Positions 23,118 through 32,422 are shown, numbered from the stretch's first letter. The stretch: 64,000 nt of DNA from Bacteroidales bacterium (GCA_017395245.1 JAFPVR010000114.1:645-64644), one strand, 5' to 3'. Notes: generated from the sequence alone by a model not told the origin. Translations and numbers: made by a program.

Positions 23118-23789
23118 TTATTCGAAGGAAATCAATTCCACGTCGAAAATCAGGGTGGCGCCGCCGGGGATCATGCCGCCTGCACCTTGTTCGCCGTAAG
23201 CGAGGTTATAGGGGATGAAGAGACGGTATTTAGAGCCGGGGGTCATCAGCTGGAGGCCTTCCGTCCAACCGGGAATCACTTGGTTGAGGCCGAAAGTGAT
23301 GGGCTCGCCGCGATCCACGGAGGAGTCGAACACGGTGCCGTCAAGGAGTTTGCCGGTGTAGTGGACCGTAACCTTGCTGGTGGCCGTCGGATGCTCGCCC
23401 TTGCCCTCTTGCAGCACCATGTACTGCAGACCGGAGGCCGTCTCCTTCACATCGGGGTTCTTCTTATTCTCTTCAAGGAACTTCGCGCCCTTGGCAATCT
23501 CGGCGGCAGTCCCGCTCTGTCTCTTGGCCTGCAAGTCCTCTTGGAGCTCAGCAAAAATCTGCTGCATCTGCTCGTCCGTGAACTTGTTCGTGCCGGCGTA
23601 AGCGTCCTTGATGCCCTGCACGAAAGCATCGTAATCCAGTTCCACGCCGTCGTGGCTCATGCCGTTGCCAACGTTGAAGCCGATGGCGTAGCTGCTTTTC
23701 TGTTGTTTCGTCATTTCTGTCTGTGATTTTGCGGAAAAGCCCAGGCACACAAGCGCGAGAACCATTCCGATGGTGAACATTTTTTTCAT
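23118..23789 (-). CDS. FKBP-type peptidyl-prolyl cis-trans isomerase (secreted, FkpA/Mip-like)
   Basis: 223 aa. Signal peptide, an FKBP_N-like helix, and an FKBP core (..FDSSVDRGEPITFGLNQVIPGWTEGL..GATLIFDVELISFE). Confidence 0.9.
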   Translation of the reverse strand: MKKMFTIGMVLALVCLGFSAKSQTEMTKQQKSSYAIGFNVGNGMSHDGVELDYDAFVQGIKDAYAGTNKFTDEQMQQIFAELQEDLQAKRQSGTAAEIAKGAKFLEENKKNPDVKETASGLQYMVLQEGKGEHPTATSKVTVHYTGKLLDGTVFDSSVDRGEPITFGLNQVIPGWTEGLQLMTPGSKYRLFIPYNLAYGEQGAGGMIPGGATLIFDVELISFE

Positions 23790-23872
23790 TTTTCCTATGT
23801 TTTTAATTTATTTCAACGATGGGGTGGACAGCCTGAACCGCCCAAGGTTTAGCCTTTTTTTCAAAGCGGCCG

Positions 23873-23880
23873 CAAAAATA
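23873..23880 (-). promoter_or_regulatory. -7 box (TATTTTTG)
   Basis: 84 nt upstream of the FKBP ATG at 23789. Confidence 0.5.
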
Positions 23881-23930
23881 CACTTTTTTCTGCAACATCC
23901 ATTCAACTTTTTCGTTAATGGCAAGTCTAC

Positions 23931-23996
23931 TGACTTTGACCTTTGACTATTGACTTTGACCTTTGACTTTGACTATTGACTTTGACTGTTGACCTC
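23931..23996 (+). repeat. 6/7-nt tandem array TGAC(T/C)TT / GACTAT (about 10 units) upstream of mpl
   Basis: Sequence: tgactttgacctttgactattgactttgacctttgactttgactattgactttgactgttgacctc. Confidence 0.8.
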
Positions 23997-24031
23997 TATA
24001 ACCAATAACCTATAACCCATAACCATTAAAA
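23997..24031 (+). repeat. 7-nt tandem array NATAACC (5 units) ending 4 nt before the mpl ATG
   Basis: tataacc aataacc tataacc cataacc attaaaa. This is the same heptamer family as 15451-15478 and the two units at 22905-22918. Confidence 0.85.
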
Positions 24032-24035
24032 AAGA

Positions 24036-25400
24036 ATGAAAGTACATTTTATCGCCATTGGGGGCAGTGCCATGCACAATTTGGCCATCGCCCTGAAAAT
24101 CAAAGGTTTCGATGTTACAGGCTCGGACGATGAAATCTTCGATCCCGCCAAGAGTCGACTCGCCAAATACGGCATCCTGCCCGACGACATCGGCTGGCAC
24201 CCTGAAAAGATAACCCCGGACCTCGACGCCATCATACTTGGCATGCACGCCCGAGAGGACAACCCCGAACTTCTGAAAGCCAAAGAGTTGGGAATCAAAA
24301 TCTTCTCCTATCCCGAATATCTCTACGAGCAAAGCAAAGACAAAACCCGCGTGGTGGTCGGCGGCAGCCACGGCAAGACCACCATCACCTCCATGATCAT
24401 CCACGTGCTGCAACATTGCGGCATCGACTGCGACTACATGGTCGGGGCGCAGCTGGAGGGCTTCGAGGTCATGGTACGGCTTTCCGACACGGCCAAGGTC
24501 ATGGTCATCGAGGGCGACGAGTACCTCACCTCTCCCATCGACCGCCGCCCCAAATTCCACGTCTACCAGCCCACTGTCGGCATCATCAGCGGCATCGCGT
24601 GGGACCACATCAACGTCTTCCCGACCTTCGAAAACTACGTGGAACAGTTCGAAATCTTCGCCAAGATGATACCGCAAGATGGACAACTCATTTACTGCCA
24701 AGAAGATGAAGAACTCCGAAAACTTGGTGCAAAAATCACGAACACAACCTGCAAGCCCTACGGTGTACATCCCTACACCATCCGCGACGGGATAACCTAC
24801 CTGACCCATGACGGCCAGGAGACTCCGCTGTTGATTTTCGGAAAACATAACCTGATGAACCTCAATGCGGCCCGGTTGGCCTGCAACGCCATCGGTGTCA
24901 CCGATGGACAATTCTACGAGGCAATCGCCACGTTCAAGGGCGCCTCAAAACGATTGGAATTGGTCGCGAATAGCGCGGACTGCGCTGTTTACAAGGATTT
25001 TGCGCATTCCCCGTCGAAACTCAAGGCCACCATCAACGCCGTGCGGGAACAGTATCCCGACCGCAAGCTCGTGGCCTGCATGGAGTTGCACACGTTCAGC
25101 AGCCTCACCGAGGAGTTCCTGCGGCAATACGCCCACGCGATGGACGAGGCTGATACGGCTATAGTATACTACTCCCCCGCCGCCGTGGCGCACAAAAAAC
25201 TGCCGCCCATTCATCCGGAAGCCATCTTCAATGCCTTCCAACGCCGTGATCTGCTTATATATAATGAATCTGAAAAGATGAAAAACGACCTACTGTCAAT
25301 GGATTGGCGCGGTTCCGTACTGCTTTTGATGTCGTCCGGAAATTTTGACGGAATAAATTTGAACCAGTTCGGCGAAAAAATTATATCTTTGCAGGCTTAA
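24036..25400 (+). CDS. mpl: Mur-ligase family protein, Mpl-like (UDP-MurNAc:tripeptide ligase)
   Basis: 454 aa. N-terminus MKVHFIAIGGSAMHNLAIAL..., ATP site GGSHGKTTITSMI, and the Mur ligase middle and C-terminal layout. Confidence 0.75.
   Translation: MKVHFIAIGGSAMHNLAIALKIKGFDVTGSDDEIFDPAKSRLAKYGILPDDIGWHPEKITPDLDAIILGMHAREDNPELLKAKELGIKIFSYPEYLYEQSKDKTRVVVGGSHGKTTITSMIIHVLQHCGIDCDYMVGAQLEGFEVMVRLSDTAKVMVIEGDEYLTSPIDRRPKFHVYQPTVGIISGIAWDHINVFPTFENYVEQFEIFAKMIPQDGQLIYCQEDEELRKLGAKITNTTCKPYGVHPYTIRDGITYLTHDGQETPLLIFGKHNLMNLNAARLACNAIGVTDGQFYEAIATFKGASKRLELVANSADCAVYKDFAHSPSKLKATINAVREQYPDRKLVACMELHTFSSLTEEFLRQYAHAMDEADTAIVYYSPAAVAHKKLPPIHPEAIFNAFQRRDLLIYNESEKMKNDLLSMDWRGSVLLLMSSGNFDGINLNQFGEKIISLQA
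25384..25391 (+). promoter_or_regulatory. -7 box (TATCTTTG) inside the mpl 3' end
   Basis: 57 nt upstream of ATG 25448. Confidence 0.5.
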
Positions 25401-25447
25401 ATTTCGAGCACTAAAAAAAGTAAAAAAACAACAAAAAATAATTGACA

Positions 25448-26545
25448 ATGAAAAAGTTAAGTTTATTATTGGTAGCGGTTGTCACCTGCATATTCTGCAT
25501 GGCTCAACCGGAAATCAAGTTTGAGAACACCACCTACGACTTCGGCAAAATCAAGGAAGAGGGTGGCAAAGTGACCGGCAAGTTCATCTTCACGAACGTC
25601 GGCAATGAGCCGCTGGAACTCACCAACGTGCGTCCAGGCTGCGGCTGCACAGCTGCCAATTACACCAAAGGGGCCATCGCTCCTGGTGAGAAAGGCTACA
25701 TCGAGGCCACTTACAACCCCTACAACCGTCCCGGCGCCTTCAACAAGAACATCCGCGTGACGACCAACGAGCCGAAATTCCTGGAAAACGACAAGGCCAC
25801 CCCGCACATGATTTTCATCAAGGGCGAGGTCATCAAACGCCCCCCGACAGAGTTCGAATTGGCCGGTTACACCAAGACCAGCGGTATGCTGCGCATCAAA
25901 GAACCCGATGTTGCACACAACATGCTGAACACCGAGAGCGTGAACGACACCTTCTACGTGCGTAACTTCTGGACGAAACCCATCTCCATCAAGTTAGACA
26001 AGGCAGGTGAGTACGTCAACGAAGTCAACCGCAACTTCGGCAGCGAGCTGAACCCCGGTCAGGAAGGCTACATCGTGTTGAAGTATGATGCCGCCAAGCG
26101 CGATGCTTTCGGCCAGCAGAAAGACATGGTCACCTTCACCACCAACGACTCCCTCGAGCAGACGAAGCGCGTGCATTACGCCATCAACATCAAGGAGGAT
26201 TTCTCCAAGATGACCCCGAAACAACTGAAGAAAGCCCCCGTTTCGTCCGTGAGCGCACAAGAGATCAACTTCGGAGACATGCAGAAGAACACCTCCAAGA
26301 CCGAAACCATCACGATCCAAAACACGGGCAAGGATCCGCTGATTATCCGCAAACTGGAGCCTTCCAACTCCCTCTTCTCGGCCAATTCCAGCATGATGGT
26401 GATTCCGTCCGGCGCCACAGCCGAGATTACGGTCACGTTCAAGGCCCCCAGCCGTCCCAGCACGCAAAATGCTACTTTCGACATTATCACCAACGATCCT
26501 GTGAACCCTATCCGCACCCTCAACATGGTCGCGAAGGTTCATTAA
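25448..26545 (+). CDS. DUF1573 domain-containing secreted protein (tandem Ig-like DUF1573 modules)
   Basis: The ORF-track start at 25442 is a TTG. The ATG at 25448 gives MKKLSLLLVAVVTCIFCMAQ. Contains the DUF1573 hallmark ..LELTNVRPGCGCTAA... Confidence 0.8.
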   Translation: MKKLSLLLVAVVTCIFCMAQPEIKFENTTYDFGKIKEEGGKVTGKFIFTNVGNEPLELTNVRPGCGCTAANYTKGAIAPGEKGYIEATYNPYNRPGAFNKNIRVTTNEPKFLENDKATPHMIFIKGEVIKRPPTEFELAGYTKTSGMLRIKEPDVAHNMLNTESVNDTFYVRNFWTKPISIKLDKAGEYVNEVNRNFGSELNPGQEGYIVLKYDAAKRDAFGQQKDMVTFTTNDSLEQTKRVHYAINIKEDFSKMTPKQLKKAPVSSVSAQEINFGDMQKNTSKTETITIQNTGKDPLIIRKLEPSNSLFSANSSMMVIPSGATAEITVTFKAPSRPSTQNATFDIITNDPVNPIRTLNMVAKVH

Positions 26546-26573
26546 CAGCGATTGTTTCACATTATCCAAAAAT

Positions 26574-26607
26574 CCCCGCATCCGAAAGGTTGTGGGGATT
26601 TTTGTTT
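26574..26607 (+). terminator. intrinsic terminator of the DUF1573 gene
   Basis: CCCCGCATCC-GAAA-GGTTGTGGGG hairpin (GNRA loop, one G-U pair, one T-T mismatch) followed by ATTTTTGTTT. Confidence 0.75.
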
Positions 26608-26633
26608 GGCTTCGTAGAAACACGAACGTTTGC

Positions 26634-26661
26634 GTAGAGACGCAAAATTTTGCGTCTCTAC
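26634..26661. repeat. GTAGAGACGC-family hairpin (perfect 14-bp palindrome)
   Basis: GTAGAGACGCAAAA/TTTTGCGTCTCTAC, overlapping the ALDH stop at 26658. Sits between convergent genes. Confidence 0.6.
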
Positions 26662-28076
26662 CGTTCAAACCACCGCAAGAATTTCATTTTCCATTCGCCG
26701 GCCTTGCCCGTGTAGGGGTGCTCGCGCAAGGAGAGATTGAAACGGGTGCGGCCCATGAGGACCGTCTGCGGGTGCGTAAACTCGCGGAAGCCCCACTCGC
26801 CATGGTAGGCGCCCATGCCCGAATGGCCCGTGCCATTGAACGGCACACCCTTGACCATCAGGTGGATGCAGACCTCGTTGACACATCCGCCCCCGTATTG
26901 CTGCGACTGCATCACGCGATTGGCCCATCGCATATTCTTGGTGAACAGATACATGGCCAACGGATGCTCACGGTCGGCGATAGTCTCCATCATCGCATCG
27001 ACCTCGCTGTCCGGGAAGGGGACGACGGGCAGCAGCGGACAGAACAGTTCGTGCATCACGATGGGCTCGTCTTGGTTCACAGGGTAGATGATGGTGGGCG
27101 CATATTTGCAGCTCGCTCTGTCGCCAAAGCCGCCAAAGACGATGCGGTCGCGGTATTCGTCTGCCTGTGCCGCACATTTGTCGTAAGCGGCCTCCGTAAT
27201 GAGTTTGGGGTATTCTTCGTTCGCAATCGGATTTTCACCGATCTGCTTCGTAAAGGCTTTCTTCAACTCCTCCAAGAAGGGCTCAGCCACCTCTTTCGCC
27301 ACCGCTATCTGGTTGATGTTAATGCAAATCTGTCCGGCGTTGAGAATCTTGAAGAAGGCAATCTTGCGGGCCGCGTCCTTGAGGTCGGCATCCTTGCGCA
27401 CAACACACCAGTTGCCGGTCTCACCGCCCAGCTCCAACGCCACAGGCGTGAGGTTCTTGGCCGCCTCCGCCATCACGTGCTTGCCCACGGCTGGTGAACC
27501 AGTGTAGAAGATTTTGTCGAAACGTTGCGCGAGACATAGATCCGCCACGTCGTGACCGCCGTCAATGAGGGTGACGTACTCGGGAGGGAAAAGCTCCGCG
27601 AAGAAGCGTTTCATCACGCCAGTGCAGGCCGATGATTTGCTGCTGGCCTTGATGACGACCGTGTTGCCGCCGCACATCGCCGCCGCCACCACCCCGATGG
27701 TAAGCAGAATCGGGAAGTTGAACGGGCTAATGACCAACGAGACACCGTAGGGCAATTTATAGACTTTGGTGACGGTGCTCGGAAAGCACATCAGCCCGCT
27801 GTAGTGTCGTTCGGGCCGCGCCCAACGCCGCAAGCCCCGAATCATCTCGTTGATTTCCACAACGATGGGGCCTACATCGCAGAGAAAAGCCTCTGCCCTA
27901 CTCCGCCCGAGGTCTGCGGTCAGCGCATCCTCAAACTCAGTGGCGTGCGCAATGACCGCCGCCTTGAGTTTCTTAAGCTGTTGTATCCGCCATTTGACAG
28001 ACAACGTCGCGCCCGTGCGGAAGAACTTGCGCTGGGCGGCGACGATTTCTTTTATTTCAGTTTCAGTATATGACAT
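26658..28076 (-). CDS. aldehyde dehydrogenase family protein
   Basis: 472 aa. Contains ..VALELGG.. and the catalytic-Cys context FKILNAGQICININ. Length is typical of class-3-like ALDH. Confidence 0.9.
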   Translation of the reverse strand: MSYTETEIKEIVAAQRKFFRTGATLSVKWRIQQLKKLKAAVIAHATEFEDALTADLGRSRAEAFLCDVGPIVVEINEMIRGLRRWARPERHYSGLMCFPSTVTKVYKLPYGVSLVISPFNFPILLTIGVVAAAMCGGNTVVIKASSKSSACTGVMKRFFAELFPPEYVTLIDGGHDVADLCLAQRFDKIFYTGSPAVGKHVMAEAAKNLTPVALELGGETGNWCVVRKDADLKDAARKIAFFKILNAGQICININQIAVAKEVAEPFLEELKKAFTKQIGENPIANEEYPKLITEAAYDKCAAQADEYRDRIVFGGFGDRASCKYAPTIIYPVNQDEPIVMHELFCPLLPVVPFPDSEVDAMMETIADREHPLAMYLFTKNMRWANRVMQSQQYGGGCVNEVCIHLMVKGVPFNGTGHSGMGAYHGEWGFREFTHPQTVLMGRTRFNLSLREHPYTGKAGEWKMKFLRWFER

Positions 28077-28096
28077 AGTTTCTGGCTTTTCCGTTC

Positions 28097-28124
28097 ATAA
28101 CTACTAACTGCTAACTACTAACTC
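28097..28124 (-). repeat. 7-nt tandem array (4 units; gene-sense TAGTTAG) overlapping the Fe-ADH stop
   Basis: Plus strand: ataacta ctaactg ctaacta ctaactc. Lies between the Fe-ADH stop (28111) and the ALDH start (28076). Confidence 0.85.
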
Positions 28125-29313
28125 GTTCCAGCACCCTCATAACATCCTCATTGCTGAAGGTCATCGGGGCGGAATAGTTGATGGAGTCGGCAGCGATCAT
28201 GCGCGTGAGCTCCTCGTAATCAGCAGATTGCACGGGCGAGTTCAACTTATCCAAGCCGCAGGTGACAATCAAGTCGGATACGGCCTGCAGGAATTTGTCA
28301 GCGGCGTGACGATCGTCGGTGTGGTCGTCCGCCAACTGGCAGTAGCGAGCCATCATCGCATATTTCGACAGGCAGGCAGCCTTTTGGTATTGCAACACGG
28401 GCAACATCATCAGGGTGATAGCCTGGCCGTGCGGGACGTGGTATTTGGCTCCGATGCTGTGCGCGAAGGCATGTATGTAACCCGCCAGCTGCGTGTTGAT
28501 GGCGTTGCCGCCGTACATGGCCGCGCGGCACATCGCCAATCGCGACTCGATGTTATCGGGCTCGCGCATCACCACGGGCAGATGCTGCAGAATCAGCCGC
28601 ACACCCTCCAGAGAATGGTACGCATCTTCCACATAGACTGCCACATCGCTCAGCGTACCCTCCACCACGTGACTAAGGGCATCCATTCCGCAGGCAGCGG
28701 TCACCATCTGAGGTGCATGGACGGTGAGCTCGCTGTCGAGAATCACGTGCGTCACATCCAGCCCGACCAGCACAGTGGAGCCCTTCGTGCCGCGCGCGTT
28801 GGTCACGACCGCACCCACGGTCACCTCCGCGCCCGTACCAGCCGTAGAGGGCACAGTGATCATCGGTAACGTCTTGCCTGGCACCACCAAAAACTTGCGC
28901 AACAAGGTTTTAGTACTAAGATGCGGCAGTTTCACACCAGCGGCGATCATCTTGCACGTGTCCATCACCGATCCACCTCCAAGAGCAATTACGCAATCGG
29001 CTTGGCATTCCATCGCAATTTTTCGACCTTCATCAATCAGCGCGATATTCGGTTCGGAGTTGATGTTGGCAAAGAGGGTGCATCCTACCCCAACCTCCTC
29101 CAACGACTGCACAATTTTCTGCTCATAGCCGAGCTTTTGCAAGGTCTGATCGGTCACTAACAGCACCTGTTTGTAACCGCACTCCTCGCAAATTTCGCCA
29201 ATCTTCACCCGCGCCCCGTGGCCTTCCACAACCTGTGGTTCAGGCAACGGCACGCGGTGGATCACCTTGCCCGGAAGTTTATGTATCTGTTTTCTAAAAC
29301 GATATGTATCCAT
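28111..29313 (-). CDS. iron-containing alcohol dehydrogenase
   Basis: 400 aa. Contains ..ALGGGSVMDTCK.. and the His-rich metal site (HAFAHSIGAKYHVPHG). Confidence 0.9.
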   Translation of the reverse strand: MDTYRFRKQIHKLPGKVIHRVPLPEPQVVEGHGARVKIGEICEECGYKQVLLVTDQTLQKLGYEQKIVQSLEEVGVGCTLFANINSEPNIALIDEGRKIAMECQADCVIALGGGSVMDTCKMIAAGVKLPHLSTKTLLRKFLVVPGKTLPMITVPSTAGTGAEVTVGAVVTNARGTKGSTVLVGLDVTHVILDSELTVHAPQMVTAACGMDALSHVVEGTLSDVAVYVEDAYHSLEGVRLILQHLPVVMREPDNIESRLAMCRAAMYGGNAINTQLAGYIHAFAHSIGAKYHVPHGQAITLMMLPVLQYQKAACLSKYAMMARYCQLADDHTDDRHAADKFLQAVSDLIVTCGLDKLNSPVQSADYEELTRMIAADSINYSAPMTFSNEDVMRVLERVSS

Positions 29314-29317
29314 AATG

Positions 29318-29728
29318 TTAGTACTCGTCGTACCCGCCGTCCTTGTCCGTCAAATGGATGACGATGACGTCAAACATCGGGTAATCCTTGTATTCCACGA
29401 AAAAGGAGACCTCCTCCGTGAATTTTTTCGGAAACTTGATGCCCAACAGAGAGTCTCTTTTGATTCTGCTTTTTGTTCCGCTTTTGGTGTTCGAATCCGA
29501 ATCCCCCTTTTCCTTCAGCGTGTAGTCGCCATAGACCTCCTTTTCGGTGCTGTCGGCATTGAGTACGACCACTCGGCAATGGAAATCCGTGTAGGAGGTC
29601 TCGTTCACGACCTTCACTTGGTTGTAGGTTTTCTCTTCGCCCTTCACTGTGAAGGTCAACATTGGTTGTTGGGCGAAAACGGCCATCGCGGCCATCACGA
29701 TAAATACGGATAAAATTGTTCTTTTCAT
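29318..29728 (-). CDS. small secreted hypothetical protein
   Basis: 136 aa with signal peptide MKRTILSVFIVMAAMAVFAQQ. Its stop is 4 nt before the Fe-ADH start. Confidence 0.55.
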   Translation of the reverse strand: MKRTILSVFIVMAAMAVFAQQPMLTFTVKGEEKTYNQVKVVNETSYTDFHCRVVVLNADSTEKEVYGDYTLKEKGDSDSNTKSGTKSRIKRDSLLGIKFPKKFTEEVSFFVEYKDYPMFDVIVIHLTDKDGGYDEY

Positions 29729-29795
29729 TTTTTATGGGTAATTATTTTTCTTCTTTTATCGTCTCTTTCACCCCAAAATCTCATTACGTCTAATG

Positions 29796-31229
29796 TTAGT
29801 CGCGCACGCAGCGCACGGAAAAGCCGAGAACCTTGGTGAGGGAACCGGGCAGGAAAGTGCCTACGCCCGATCCGTCGCTTTTGATTTTGAACCAAAACGC
29901 ATAGGTCGCATTGTATTCTGTAGCAGTCCAAAAGAACGCACAGTTGCCAAAATTGTGGTAGTAATTGGGGTTTCCACCCACGTCACCGGTGCCGAAACCA
30001 CCGGCAGGACGAGCCGAAAAGCCCGTGGCGTTGTTGCTGCCTGGGTCGTTGCCCACTTCACAGAACCCAGTACTGGAATCCCACCCTGTGCTGTCTGCTA
30101 ACGCTTTGGCAATGAGAATGTTGTTGTTAAGGCCACACACATATTCCTCTCGACTGCCCACATATTCGGTGAGTTGTGTCCATTCTGTATAGCTTGGCAC
30201 ATGCCAACCTGTCGGACAGATACCCTGCACCCCACTCGGATTGCCATTGCTACCGCCTGCCCCGTGCATTACCGCAGCCCAATTGTACAGGTAACCGTAA
30301 ATGGAGACATTGCTTGCCTCCCCGTCGGGTGCAAAGCGATAGGGGTCATGACTGACCGTGTCAAGCATGGGGATAATCGCATTATCGGCGAAATGCGTTG
30401 TCCGTAAGTTCTCCTTCATCCAGCACTGCGTGCCGAGCATCACCGTGTTATAGACATTGCCGTCGATGTCGGTAAGGGTGGGTGTGCCGGGACAGGGCAA
30501 GGCATCGGTACTGCCTTGAGACGCAGCAAACATCAGGACAATCGTCTCCGAGCCGTTCTGCGCCCGCGTCACATGCTCGCTCTCCACTTCTACACCGTTG
30601 ATGGTGGCAAACCCAACGTATTCCATCTGGTCGCCGAGATCAAACGGGTTGTCGGTTTGGCTGCGGATGCCGGATTTGGTCTGTAGAGTCGACTCATTAT
30701 TCACCCCCATCACGTCGGCAAATTCAATTATATTGCCGCCGCCGTTGCCCCTGTTCACTATTTTCACCGAGACGGCACGCCCGTTCTGCCGAGCCGTCAG
30801 GAAATAGATACCCGCCGTAGAGAGGGTGACACGAATCTCGTGTGTGCCCGGTTGCACGAGCGAATAATGATTCGTTCCTACGACACGTCCAGTAATGTCT
30901 GTAATTTCCACCGCCACATCGCCCCGCTCAGCCACATAGAGCTTTGCGAATGTGGTACCGTCGAATGGGTTCGGGTTGTTTTGCGACAATGCGAATCCGC
31001 CGTCCTTGACAAATTCATCAATGCCGTTCCCGTTCTGCATCACCAATACCGTGTCTTCGGGTGATGTCAGCGTATCTTGCCAGCCCTTGGTAAGGTTACT
31101 GATGACCACGCGGTCAAGAGGCACATTTTGGTTGTTGGCGTCACGTCCGGTGAAGGTCAGCGTCACCGTCTGCGCCGAAGCTACCATAACCAGCAGCATG
31201 ATTGAAATCGAAGTGATATATTTTTTCAT
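29796..31229 (-). CDS. FISUMP (Fibrobacter succinogenes major paralogous, TIGR02145-type) domain protein with internal T9SS-CTD-like module
   Basis: The ORF-track start at 31247 is a TTG. The ATG at 31229 (MKKYITSISIMLLVMVASAQ) lies 23 nt after a TATTTTTG box. FISUMP hallmark DIDGNVYNTVMLGTQCWMKENLRT...GICPTGWHVPS. Confidence 0.8.
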   Translation of the reverse strand: MKKYITSISIMLLVMVASAQTVTLTFTGRDANNQNVPLDRVVISNLTKGWQDTLTSPEDTVLVMQNGNGIDEFVKDGGFALSQNNPNPFDGTTFAKLYVAERGDVAVEITDITGRVVGTNHYSLVQPGTHEIRVTLSTAGIYFLTARQNGRAVSVKIVNRGNGGGNIIEFADVMGVNNESTLQTKSGIRSQTDNPFDLGDQMEYVGFATINGVEVESEHVTRAQNGSETIVLMFAASQGSTDALPCPGTPTLTDIDGNVYNTVMLGTQCWMKENLRTTHFADNAIIPMLDTVSHDPYRFAPDGEASNVSIYGYLYNWAAVMHGAGGSNGNPSGVQGICPTGWHVPSYTEWTQLTEYVGSREEYVCGLNNNILIAKALADSTGWDSSTGFCEVGNDPGSNNATGFSARPAGGFGTGDVGGNPNYYHNFGNCAFFWTATEYNATYAFWFKIKSDGSGVGTFLPGSLTKVLGFSVRCVRD

Positions 31230-31251
31230 AAGGTCAGAATATTTCAAGGCG

Positions 31252-31259
31252 CAAAAATA
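31252..31259 (-). promoter_or_regulatory. -7 box (TATTTTTG)
   Basis: 23 nt upstream of ATG 31229. Confidence 0.55.
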
Positions 31260-31299
31260 GCATTTTTAATGGATATTGGATTTGGTATTGAAAAAGTTT

Positions 31300-31446
31300 A
31301 AGTCTTAAGTCTCAAGTCTCAAGTCTTAAGTCTCAAGTCTTAAGTCTCAAGTCTTAAGTCTCAAGTCTTAAGTCTCAAGTCTTAAGTCTCAAGTCTTAAG
31401 TCTTAAGTCTTAAGTCTTAAGTCTCAAGTCTTAAGTCTCAAGTCTC
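31300..31446 (-). repeat. 21-unit perfect-period heptamer array AAGTCT(T/C) (gene-sense RAGACTT)
   Basis: 147 bp with no indels and only T/C alternation at position 7. Lies between the DUF3667 stop (31472) and the FISUMP promoter box (31259-31252). Confidence 0.95.
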
Positions 31447-31471
31447 AAATTATCCCGTCGTTTCATTGTCT

Positions 31472-32410
31472 TCATCCGAACTTCTTTACACAAACGCCAA
31501 CAAGAAGCACCCCAAAGATGATGAACAAAATGAACAGCACAAAAATAGTCACGAAAGCGACGGTAAACTTCAAGATGGTACGCCACCAGCTGTAGCCGCT
31601 GAACTGTTTGAGAGGAATCAACGTGAGGAAGAAGGCGTACGAGGAGAGCCTTCCCAGGCAGAAGAAGTCAAACACAATGCTGTAGATGGTGTACATGTTG
31701 GTGGTGTAGAGCAGCATGACAAAGAACTCGGAATAACGCAAGTCGGGGATGTTTGGACTGCGCCGGAAGAAAAAAAAGAGAATTCCTGACATCATAACCA
31801 GCAGCAGCAATATGTTCATGGCGGGGTAATTCTTCGCAAAAAGCACCGCCTTATCAAAGACACCATAGAGAATCTCCTTGATACGGTTAGATTCGGGATT
31901 CTCCTTCTCGCCAATCCCCGAAAGATCTATTTCCACCACTTGCCTAGCCTCGGCTTGTTCCTCCTCTTTCACCTCCTGAACAGCGGATTCAAAATCGTCA
32001 GAAAACGAGAAATTCTCCCCTTTGATGTTCAGTCCGTGGGTCACAAGCAGGGATACGGCAAAGAGCAGGAAGTACATCTTGAAAGGGGCGAAATAGGAGG
32101 CCCTCATGCCACGAAGATAGTCGAGAATCAGGTAACCGGGACGCAGGAGAAGATTGCCCATGGTGCGGAACATACCACGCTCCCCGAGACCATAAGCATC
32201 AATAAAGCTCGCCACGGCCACCTTCCATGAGAAACGAGTGGTGGTTGCCGGCTGTCCACAGCGGGGACAGAAACTGCCGGTGTAATGGTCGTGGCAGTTC
32301 AAACACTCGTGCTCATCCTGGGACATCGGAGCAACTTCCCGAGGTCTCACCTGCCATGCCTTGAACTGCCGATACTTCTCTTTGAGATCGAATTTCTTCT
32401 TCTTTACCAT
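31472..32410 (-). CDS. DUF3667-like membrane protein (N-terminal zinc ribbon + TM helices)
   Basis: ORF 31472..32485. ATG 32410 gives MVKKKKF...CLNCHDHYTGSFCPRCGQ. The start is uncertain because the -7 box sits only 5 nt upstream; the alternative is MSQDEHEC at 32326. Confidence 0.6.
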   Translation of the reverse strand: MVKKKKFDLKEKYRQFKAWQVRPREVAPMSQDEHECLNCHDHYTGSFCPRCGQPATTTRFSWKVAVASFIDAYGLGERGMFRTMGNLLLRPGYLILDYLRGMRASYFAPFKMYFLLFAVSLLVTHGLNIKGENFSFSDDFESAVQEVKEEEQAEARQVVEIDLSGIGEKENPESNRIKEILYGVFDKAVLFAKNYPAMNILLLLVMMSGILFFFFRRSPNIPDLRYSEFFVMLLYTTNMYTIYSIVFDFFCLGRLSSYAFFLTLIPLKQFSGYSWWRTILKFTVAFVTIFVLFILFIIFGVLLVGVCVKKFG

Positions 32411-32414
32411 GGCG

Positions 32415-32422
32415 CAAAAATA
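32415..32422 (-). promoter_or_regulatory. -7 box (TATTTTTG)
   Basis: Immediately after the thrS terminator and only 5 nt before ATG 32410. Confidence 0.45.
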
